Shown here piece after piece: positions 46,950-55,200 of a DNA stretch of 64,000 nt. Numbering within the stretch: the stretch's first letter is position 1; every line of letters begins with the position of its first letter. Source of the DNA: an uncultured archaeon (GTDB lineage: Archaea; Aenigmatarchaeota; Aenigmatarchaeia; CAZXUR01); the NCBI GenBank assembly GCA_964644245.1, contig CAZXUR010000003.1, positions 16,585 to 80,584 on the forward strand. The letters are read 5' to 3'. The notes under the pieces are model-generated. The model was given only the letters and a program-made list of their open reading frames with translations, was not told where the DNA came from and searched no databases. The position numbers and the translations under genes are program-made.

Positions 46950-47974
46950 TTCCTTCTGAGTTTGACTTCCGGAAACTCGTCGAGAAGGTCTTGGTAGACT
47001 AAATCTGCGTCCTTTTCCAACAGTTTCGCCCTCTGGTCCGCCTCTATTATGGGAACGGGCATCCCATACACGTCCGAGGAGCAGAGCGGAAGGATGGAAG
47101 AAGATATGATGTCGGCAAATTCCAAGGGACCCAAGAACTCGACTCTCAGTGGTTTGTCCAGTTTTGCGGACTTCAGGTAGAAGACACGCAAGTTCATCCC
47201 GTAGTCCCCGAAGTCCTTGAGTATCAGATGCTCTTTTGGCGCTTTGGAATAACGGAAGGCAAAAGACCTCTCCCCCCTTTCCAGCACGTGATACAAGAGG
47301 CCCGAATCCCTGGTCTCCTTGAGCACCTTTATCAGTTCAGAAACTTTGGGGTCGTCTATGCCTGACAGTATGTCTTTGGAAACAATTTCTGATATCCTGG
47401 TGCCCTGCGAATCCTCGACCACACCCACCAGCATGCATTTGTTCTTGACAGACGCCTTGTAAAGTCTCATGAGAGAATCCAGAAGTTCCTGGTATTCCTT
47501 GGAGAACCTCTTTGACTTGTAGGATGAATTTGGGACCAGGGAACCGTGCAGGAGATGCACGGAGGGAGAGAAACGGTCTATAATCTCCGCGGACAGGTCC
47601 ACTTCTGATTTCATTCTCTCGATACCCGAGTAGATTTCAAAACCCTCGCCCGAGGTATTCACTTTCAGTTGGGGAGTGGGGAATTCTTGGGGGAAGTATT
47701 CCACATTTGCCTTTTTCTTCGAATAGTCAAACGTCACCCCGGCCGCACGTATCAGGCAGAAGTCCAGTCCGTACAGAGACCTGGAGACCAGGCCACCATC
47801 CACTGCCGCTACTTTCTCCAACTTTTTGTTCTTTACTTCCTTAGTCAGGAACGGTTCCTGTATGTTTTTGGTGGTCGAGACCTTGTCTTTGATGTCCTTC
47901 AAGAAATTTGCGAGTTTCAGCCTTTTCCCATGTTTCTTCGACAGTTCATCCACCAATGGGCTGAGGTCGATCAT
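46934..47974 (-). CDS. nurA: NurA-like 5'-3' nuclease (no adjacent HerA/Mre11/Rad50)
   Basis: KVAAVDGGLVSRSLYGLDFCLIRAAG matches the NurA catalytic Asp motif (IxxDGS-like); start probably at Met-22 to avoid overlap. Confidence 0.55.
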   Translation of the reverse strand: MIDLSPLVDELSKKHGKRLKLANFLKDIKDKVSTTKNIQEPFLTKEVKNKKLEKVAAVDGGLVSRSLYGLDFCLIRAAGVTFDYSKKKANVEYFPQEFPTPQLKVNTSGEGFEIYSGIERMKSEVDLSAEIIDRFSPSVHLLHGSLVPNSSYKSKRFSKEYQELLDSLMRLYKASVKNKCMLVGVVEDSQGTRISEIVSKDILSGIDDPKVSELIKVLKETRDSGLLYHVLERGERSFAFRYSKAPKEHLILKDFGDYGMNLRVFYLKSAKLDKPLRVEFLGPLEFADIISSSILPLCSSDVYGMPVPIIEADQRAKLLEKDADLVYQDLLDEFPEVKLRRNYRPF

Positions 47975-47996
47975 AAGAATATTTGCTCCCAATCTT

Positions 47997-48380
47997 TTAA
48001 TTAGAAGACTTGTATTTTTTGTACAGTTTGTCCACACGTTTACGGTCTATCTTCTTCCCGAAGCATTTGTGGGGGACCAGCGCACCCGAAAAAGTCTTTG
48101 GGATGTGCAGAAGCTCGTGTATGAGCACTTTGTCCTGTTCTTCTTCCGAGGCCCGGTCGTACCTTTCGGACAGCACTTCTATCACGTAGTGCGCATCCAC
48201 CTTTAGAGCCTTCTGCCAGACACGCGGAAGGTTCCATATTCTCGCAAAAGCCTTTGACTTTGAGCCCTTGGAGCGCATGCATATGACCCGCTCTCCGTCT
48301 ATATGGAACAAGTCAAGCGAAGAAATAATCCGGTTCACCTTTTCCTGTATGTCCGAGGCAACGTTGAATTTGAAGTCCAT
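47997..48380 (-). CDS. small HExxH zinc-metallopeptidase-like protein (SprT/WLM-like)
   Basis: 127 aa; VLIHELLHIPKTFSG contains HExxH. Confidence 0.5.
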   Translation of the reverse strand: MDFKFNVASDIQEKVNRIISSLDLFHIDGERVICMRSKGSKSKAFARIWNLPRVWQKALKVDAHYVIEVLSERYDRASEEEQDKVLIHELLHIPKTFSGALVPHKCFGKKIDRKRVDKLYKKYKSSN

Positions 48381-48422
48381 ACCATATTTATATGCTTTTC
48401 TTTTAATATATTTGGTGTTAAG

Positions 48423-50438
48423 GTGAACAAACTAGGGCGAAAACATGGGAATGCGAACAGGAAGTCAAGTAAGAAGAAATACATAGTCACAGCTGCCCTT
48501 CCCTACGTGAACAACGTGCCCCATCTGGGCAATCTGGTAGTCACTGTTTCTGCCGACGTCTTTTACAGATTCCTGAGGTCTAGAGGAGAAGATGTCGTAT
48601 ACATATGCGGCTCTGACGAGCACGGAACTACTACGGAATCAATAGCAATCAAGGAAGGCATAAGTCCCAGAGCCGTCTGCAGCAAGTACAGGAAAATCCA
48701 CAAGCGGATATACAAGTGGTTCAACCTGGATTTTACCCATTTTGGGAGGACTTCTTCAAAGGAGAATCACAAGACCACCAAGGAATTCTTCAAGAAACTG
48801 GACAAGAACGGCTATATATGTGAAGAAGAAGTGGAAGAAGTCTACTGTCCCGAGTGTGAACGAGTGCTCGCGGACAGGTTCGTGGAAGGCAGTTGCCCGC
48901 ATTGCGGATGCGAGGAGGCCAGAGGAGACCAGTGCGATGCCTGCGGTCATTTGCTCGACTCAAAGGACCTGGTCGATGCGCGTTGCAAGTTCTGCGGCAC
49001 AAAGCCGGAGTTCAAGAAGAGCGACCACCTGTTCCTGGACCTGCCTAAACTGGAGAAGGAACTGTCGAAATGGGTGAACAAACAGAAGCAGTGGCCCGTG
49101 AACGCGAGGACCATGACCAAGTCCTGGCTCAAAGAGGGTCTTAAGCCCAGGTGCATCACACGCAGCCTGAAATGGGGGGTCAAAGTGCCCAAGAAGGGGC
49201 ACGAGGACAAGGTATTCTACTCATGGTTCGATGCGCCCCTGGGATACATATCAATCACCAAAGAATGGGGAAAGAGGAAATGGAAGAAGTACTGGAAGGG
49301 CAACAGCAAGCTCTACCAGTTCTTGGGAAAGGATAACATTCCCTTCCACACCATCATATGGCCTTCGGAATTGATAGGGGTGGATGACGACTATGTGCTC
49401 CCGCATCAAATAGCGTCCAACGAATATCTCAACTACGAAGGAGGAAAATTCTCCAAATCCAAAGGAACCGGTCTGTTCGGTGATGATGTCATGGACACCG
49501 GGATACCTGCAGACGTCTGGAGGTTCTATATAATCTACAACCGGCCCGAGAAGTCCGACCATGAGTTTTCCTGGCGGGACTTACAGTCTCTGGTGAACAA
49601 CGAACTGGTTGCTAACTTCGGCAATTTCGTCAATCGCACACTCACTTTTCTGAAGAATAACTACAAGGGCAAGATACCCAAGCCTAATCTGAAAAAGGAA
49701 GACAAGTCGCTACTCAAGAAGGTGGAGAAGAAGAGGGAGAAAGTGACCGGGCATCTAGAGGAAATTAAAGAGAAAGACGCATTGAAGACAGTGATGGAAA
49801 TTTCTGCTTTGGGCAACAAGTATTTCCAGAAGAACGAGCCGTGGAAGACCGTCAAGGACAGGCCAGAAAAGGCTGCCACCACCGTCTACGTGTGTGCCAA
49901 CCTGGTTAAGACTTTGGGCATACTCATAGGACCATTTCTCCCGTCTACCTCAGAGAAGATATGGAAGCAGTTGGGGCTGAAGAGGGGAAGGAAATGGGAT
50001 AACCAGAAGCGGCTGAAGCCGGGCCGCAAGATAGGCAGGCCGAAGATATTGTTTGAAAAACTCAAAGACAAAGAGATGAAAAAGTTCAGGGAAAAGTTCT
50101 CTGGTAAAAAAGGAAAAGGAGGAGATTACGTGGATTTCAAAGATTTCCAGAAGATGGATTTGAGGGTTGCGAAAGTGCTCAACGTAGAAGACGTGGAAGG
50201 AAAGGACAAGTTGTACAAGCTGGACATAGATTGCGGTGACAAGAGAACTATAGTCGCGGGAATAAAGCCTTTCTACAAGAAGGACGAACTCAAGGGAAAG
50301 AACATCGTCGTGGTTGCCAATTTAGAGCCAAAGAAGATTGCCGGCATACAGTCTAAAGGTATGTTACTTGCGGTTGAAGACGGTTCCTCACTCCTGACTC
50401 TGGACAAAGACGTGGAAGCAGGAAAGAAAGTCGCTTAA
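48423..50438 (+). CDS. metG: methionyl-tRNA synthetase with C-terminal tRNA-binding (EMAP/Trbp111-like) domain
   Basis: Probable GTG start at 48423 (VNKLGRKHGN...); HLGN HIGH-variant, zinc knuckles CPECE/CPHCG, KFSKS (KMSKS variant); the track ORF start 48303 would overlap the upstream gene. Confidence 0.85.
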   Translation: MNKLGRKHGNANRKSSKKKYIVTAALPYVNNVPHLGNLVVTVSADVFYRFLRSRGEDVVYICGSDEHGTTTESIAIKEGISPRAVCSKYRKIHKRIYKWFNLDFTHFGRTSSKENHKTTKEFFKKLDKNGYICEEEVEEVYCPECERVLADRFVEGSCPHCGCEEARGDQCDACGHLLDSKDLVDARCKFCGTKPEFKKSDHLFLDLPKLEKELSKWVNKQKQWPVNARTMTKSWLKEGLKPRCITRSLKWGVKVPKKGHEDKVFYSWFDAPLGYISITKEWGKRKWKKYWKGNSKLYQFLGKDNIPFHTIIWPSELIGVDDDYVLPHQIASNEYLNYEGGKFSKSKGTGLFGDDVMDTGIPADVWRFYIIYNRPEKSDHEFSWRDLQSLVNNELVANFGNFVNRTLTFLKNNYKGKIPKPNLKKEDKSLLKKVEKKREKVTGHLEEIKEKDALKTVMEISALGNKYFQKNEPWKTVKDRPEKAATTVYVCANLVKTLGILIGPFLPSTSEKIWKQLGLKRGRKWDNQKRLKPGRKIGRPKILFEKLKDKEMKKFREKFSGKKGKGGDYVDFKDFQKMDLRVAKVLNVEDVEGKDKLYKLDIDCGDKRTIVAGIKPFYKKDELKGKNIVVVANLEPKKIAGIQSKGMLLAVEDGSSLLTLDKDVEAGKKVA

Positions 50439-50929
50439 GACTGACCGAACTTCTCTTTATAGACAACTTCCTCCAGAGGTTTTCTGGTGGAGGAAGGTTC
50501 CTCGTCGGGATAGCCGAAAGGCATGATTGTCAGGAGATGTAACTCTTCAGGGACTTCAAGTATCTCTTTTGCCTTGTCCCTGTTCAAAGAGCCTATCCAG
50601 CAAGTTCCCAGACCCTCGTTCCAGGCTTCGAGTGCGAGGTTCTCCGTGACAAGTGCTCCGTCTACGTTGTGCCACTTTGAGGAAGGGTCAGTGACCACTG
50701 CTATGGCAAAGGCAGCGTCCTTGATGAAATTGCCATAATCTGCTTCCTCTGATATTTCATTCAACAGTTTTCCGTCTTTTATGACTATGAACTTCCATGG
50801 TTCGATATGCCTTGCGGTGGGAGCCCATCTGCCTGCTTCTAGGATTTTTTCAATCACATCATCCGGGACTTTCTTGTCCTTGAACTTTCTGACTGAACGT
50901 CTTTCCTTTATGCATTTGAAGGTGTCCAT
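50435..50929 (-). CDS. nitroreductase-family protein
   Basis: Starts MDTFKCIKERRSVRKF (nitroreductase N-motif); the longer track ORF would run through the tRNA-Lys gene. Confidence 0.8.
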   Translation of the reverse strand: MDTFKCIKERRSVRKFKDKKVPDDVIEKILEAGRWAPTARHIEPWKFIVIKDGKLLNEISEEADYGNFIKDAAFAIAVVTDPSSKWHNVDGALVTENLALEAWNEGLGTCWIGSLNRDKAKEILEVPEELHLLTIMPFGYPDEEPSSTRKPLEEVVYKEKFGQS

Positions 50930-50938
50930 GCAATCACA

Positions 50939-51040
50939 TGGGCCCAGAGGGATTCGAACCCCCGACCCCACGGTTAAGAGCCGCGTGCTTTCGGCGTGAA
51001 AGATCGGGTCTATCACTCTACCAGACTGAGCTATGGGCCC
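50939..51040 (-). tRNA. tRNA-Lys (anticodon CUU) with 28-nt insertion/intron between D-arm and anticodon stem
   Basis: Acceptor GGGCCCA/TGGGCCC, A73, D-arm GCTC-AGTCTGGTA-GAGT, intact anticodon arm CGCGG-CTCTTAA-CCGTG, variable GGGTC, T-arm GGGGG-TTCGAAT-CCCTC; extra hairpin CTTTC-ACGCC-GAAAG between positions 26/27. Confidence 0.6.
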
Positions 51041-51111
51041 TAAGCTTATTTACAACCTCTATTTAAAAACATTTAAAGAATTGTCTTTCTCTTTTTTCCA
51101 AGAATTGTGAT

Positions 51112-51255
51112 TTACTTTTTTCTTTTCTTTGATTTACCAAAGCCGCATGCAGAACATACAGAAGTCTTTATGTTATAGGAGCGCCTACCACAACGTCTAC
51201 AACGGATGTGGGTCTTCCCTTGGTGTTTGCCAAAGGAAGGTCCTCCTTTAGCCAT
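51112..51255 (-). CDS. rpl37e: ribosomal protein L37e (eL37)
   Basis: Manual translation [47 protein letters not shown] (47 aa), C4 zinc finger; below the track cutoff. Confidence 0.8.
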   Translation of the reverse strand: MAKGGPSFGKHQGKTHIRCRRCGRRSYNIKTSVCSACGFGKSKKRKK

Positions 51256-51260
51256 AACCT

Positions 51261-51494
51261 TCACTCCTTCTTGCTATCTTCCGGTGAGGCGATGATTATG
51301 TTGTCTCCACGGACTAGGATTACCCCTAATTTTGTCTTCTTGTCGTCTCCGATTTCCTCGGCATCGTCAAGCCACATGTTCAGGTGCAGGTCTAAAGCTT
51401 GAAGGATGCCGGCAATCTTGTCTCCGTTCTTTAAACGTATCAAAACTCTTTTTCCCTTTGCTTCATTCAAAACGTCTATCGGTCTATCAGGCAT
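51261..51494 (-). CDS. Sm-like protein (LSm/SmAP)
   Basis: 77 aa; Sm1/Sm2 motifs ([40 protein letters not shown]); conserved rpl37e-LSm pairing. Confidence 0.85.
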   Translation of the reverse strand: MPDRPIDVLNEAKGKRVLIRLKNGDKIAGILQALDLHLNMWLDDAEEIGDDKKTKLGVILVRGDNIIIASPEDSKKE

Positions 51495-51560
51495 ACAATC
51501 ACCTAAGATTTAACTTATAGGCTTTTAAAACTTTATATTGTTTTACATCTTAAGAAGAGC

Positions 51561-51947
51561 ATGACAAAATGGCAAAAACGTTCCAGAAAGAAGACCACCG
51601 GGGGTATACTCAGGCCTCACGGCCAGAAAAGAAGGCATCAGAGAGGCAGGGACTATCATCCTGCCGAACTAGGAGAAAACAAGGTGGTAAAGGTGAAGGG
51701 GCGGGGAGGCCAAAAGAAAAAGAGACTCCTTTCCGTCAACACCGCCAACATACAGACCGGTAAAAAGGTCAAGAAGGCAAAAATACTGGACGTCCTCGAA
51801 AATCCTGCCAATATACACTTCGTGAGGAGGAACATAGTTACCAAAGGCGCGGTCGTAGACACTGATTTGGGCAAGGCAAAAGTCACTTCAAGGCCCGGAC
51901 AGTCCGGTGTTGTGAACGCAAAACTCATAAAGGAGAAGAAAGAGTAG
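51561..51947 (+). CDS. rps8e: ribosomal protein S8e (eS8)
   Basis: 128 aa; MTKWQKRSRKKTTGGILRPHGQKRRHQRGRD N-terminus typical of S8e. Confidence 0.85.
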   Translation: MTKWQKRSRKKTTGGILRPHGQKRRHQRGRDYHPAELGENKVVKVKGRGGQKKKRLLSVNTANIQTGKKVKKAKILDVLENPANIHFVRRNIVTKGAVVDTDLGKAKVTSRPGQSGVVNAKLIKEKKE

Positions 51948-52222
51948 AATTTTCTGTTTGGTATTCCAAATTCTCTCCACAAAAGGATATTACACTAGTT
52001 TTTACTGGACGTGTTTCCGCCTGATTGACTGGAATCAGTCGGTTTAACTGGCTTAAGCTAATAGTGTTTTTACAACAAATATGAAGCATTACCAACATTA
52101 ATTTTATTAAGGAGGCCTTTTTAAGCATCTGTGTCTATTTAAGTAGAATTATTCCTAGTACGGCTGGGGTAAAAACTATATATAACCGTTAAGCCAATTA
52201 TTAGTGTATAAGTGGTAGTAGT

Positions 52223-55200
52223 ATGCCTAAAAGGGCTGAAAATGACGTATTTTTAACTATATCCATATTTTTTGGTATCCTATTTTTACTCCTTCTAGTG
52301 CCTCCCGAAAGTGTCTTTCAGTCGTCAGAGTGGGATGGCGTGCTGACGGTTAAGGAGACGGACGTACACCTAGAGTTTGAACAAGGTCTTTACTCTTGCT
52401 CCAACGACATCCTGGTGACCACCGGCAGGACGGCGGTTGAATTTCAAGTCTACAACCAGACTTTCGTCAACGGCAAGTGCAAGGAATTCAATGTAAAAAT
52501 TGACTCCCGACCGGGAAAGGCCTTTGACAGCGTTCTTATGATTCCGCATGGCGATTTTGTTAAGGATTTCTTTTTTCTTTTAGAGCCCACTTATCACATA
52601 TACTACAGGGAAAGAGCGGAACCCCCAGTCCAGGTGAAAAACGAATCCAAGGGTAAAATAAACGTGATAACTAAGTTCACCTGGCGTTTGGAAGAAAGCA
52701 GTTACATTTCTCAGAACATTCAATTCGAATTCAATGAGACAGAGAAATTGATAGAGGGAAACCCTGCTGAAATTGTTGTCAACTGGAAATGGAAAAATGA
52801 GAGTATCAAAGAAGATTTCATGGAGTGCGTCTACAGGAACAAAAACAAATGCATGGAAAAGTTCGGCGACAAGGATTACCGGTTCGACAGAAAGACTGGG
52901 ATGTTGACTTCCGAGGAATTTTTTTTGGGAAAACAAATTAATACCAGAGACTTCATGTCTGACCTGAATCATTTATTCGAGTCAGGAATGCCGTTGAATC
53001 CGGTAACCGAACACGTACATGCGAGAAGCTTTGATGCTTCCAAAGACTCTGGACGCTTTAAAATATTCTTGAGGAAAGGGTGGAAATCCGGGGAGACTAT
53101 TGAAATTGGGTTTGCTACAACTACATTCACCCTGACTGCCCTTGAAAATAATACACGAATTGGAGACTCGACTCCCGATTTTCAGTTCAGAGTTGAGGGT
53201 GATTATGACGGTTATGAGGCAGAACTTTTTATAAACACCACCGGGGACACGATGGAAGGTTATGGATCGGTTTTAGTCTTGAATGCGACTGATTCCAATA
53301 TAACCGCGAACCAGAGTTTGAGCGATGGTGCCTATCGCTGGTATGTCAATGCCACAAACAGCTCTGCCACATCCCAGTCCGATATACAATATTTTACAGT
53401 GGACACAACTCCCCCGACCTTTGAAGGGAATTTCACATCTCCTCCATCCTCTTCCCATTACGAGTACGGCGCCAAGTATATTTTCAACATATCATGGGAA
53501 GAAGAAATGACTAATTGCATACTTGAATTCAATGGCACCAACTACACCATGACTCAATCCCCAAAATGGAGGGCTTCGTCGCTAAACACCAGTCTGACTT
53601 CTACCGGAGGAAGTTCGTCTCCGGCATTTTACGATATCCATGGCGACGGTCTCGTGGACATGATAGCAGGTACATCCGGAGGAGATTTCCTCGGCTACAC
53701 ATGGTACAACGACCAATGGCATCAGAATAGTTCCATTATCAGCGGTCTTCCGGATATGGGTTCTTCCTCCAATCCATGCATGTATGATATTGAGGGGAAT
53801 GAATACTTGGATATGCTGTCCGGCAATAGTCTCGGCTTTACCAAGGGATTCACCTGGGACGGCTCTCAGTGGAACGGAAATTCCACCATCAACAGTTCCA
53901 TCATAGATGTAGGAATATATTCCTCTCCCATGATTTACAACATTGGAAACAACGACCGATTGGACCTGATTGTCGGTAACGGTGATGGCCGTGCTTGGGG
54001 GTTCACGTGGAATGGTTCTGAGTGGATTCAAAATGCCACCGTAAACAAATCACTCCCAGACTTTGGAAGTGACCTTGAACTTTCCATGTTTGATATAGAC
54101 GGAAATGGAGTTACGGATATGATAGCAGGGAATGAAAACGGTGATTTACTTTCCTTTACCTGGAACGGTTCCCAGTGGACGGGGAACACCACACTGAACA
54201 GGTCTCTGATGAGAATGGGAAATAACACAGCCCCCTACATTTACGACATAGATGATGACGGCCTCACCGATATGATGGTGGGGAACCTTGACGGATACTT
54301 CCATTCCTTTACTTACCATCAATACGAATACTACCTAGAATTCAACGACCTGAGAGCAGGAAACTACACTTGGAAGGTTTACGGAAACGACAGTGTGGGA
54401 AACATAAACACAACGGACACCTGGAATTATCAGATAAAGAGAGCACCAACTGAAACCAACCTGACGTTGAACGGTTCTGATTCTGACTATACATTCGACC
54501 AGTATGTGGACGCAAACTTCACCGTCACTCTAAACGCCACTCCGGCCAATTATTATCTGAACTTGACCACCAACATATCCGGATGGGAAGAAGTAAATGG
54601 CACCAGCCCGCTCTACAACCTCACAACCACCTCGGATATAAACATATTCAACATCACCGGCTACTATCTGGGCGAAGAGAACTACACTGAATCAAGCGAG
54701 ACTCATTTTGCCACGGTTCGTGACAGCGTGTCTCCTTCAGTTGATATAACCGGCCCTTCCAACAACTCTAACGTCTACAGAATACTCATAGTGAATGTTA
54801 CACTCAACGACAGTGGCGGGGAGGGTATAGACAAGGATAATGTCTACTGCAGATTTGACGGATATTCATGGAACAACATGACAAACAACACTGGTCTGGT
54901 CTTCAATGCGTCCATAAATACTAGCGCTTACAGTGACGGAGACTACATCTTGAGGATAAACGGGAGCGACTTGGCTGGAAACTCAAACACCTCTTACTAT
55001 CACGTAGTTACTGTTGATAACGTCAATGCACCTGAACCTGAAGGGGCTGTGGAAAGCGATGATTCTTCTGGCGGTGGCGGTGGCGGCGGAAGCAGCGAGA
55101 AGAAGTATGAAAACTTCACCGCTGGATACGACCTGAACGTTGAGATAGTCTCCGGTTCCCGAAGGCATGGAAAAGTATGGGTCAGGAATACCGGGAAAAA

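Noticed and set aside
48303-48422. ATG-start extension of metG (MEQVKRRNNPVHLF...)
   Set aside because: It would overlap the upstream minus-strand HExxH gene by 78 nt, and the extension has no MetRS-like sequence. An in-frame GTG at 48423 gives a clean start just before the HLGN motif.
50930-51016. N-terminal extension of the nitroreductase ORF
   Set aside because: It runs through the tRNA-Lys gene on the same strand. The conserved nitroreductase N-motif starts at the Met at 50929.
52040-52060. Short palindrome GACTGgaatCAGTC in the rps8e–giant-gene spacer as a regulatory site
   Set aside because: A single 5-bp-stem hairpin in an AT-rich spacer could equally be a weak terminator for rps8e. 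There is no repeat of the motif elsewhere in the window.
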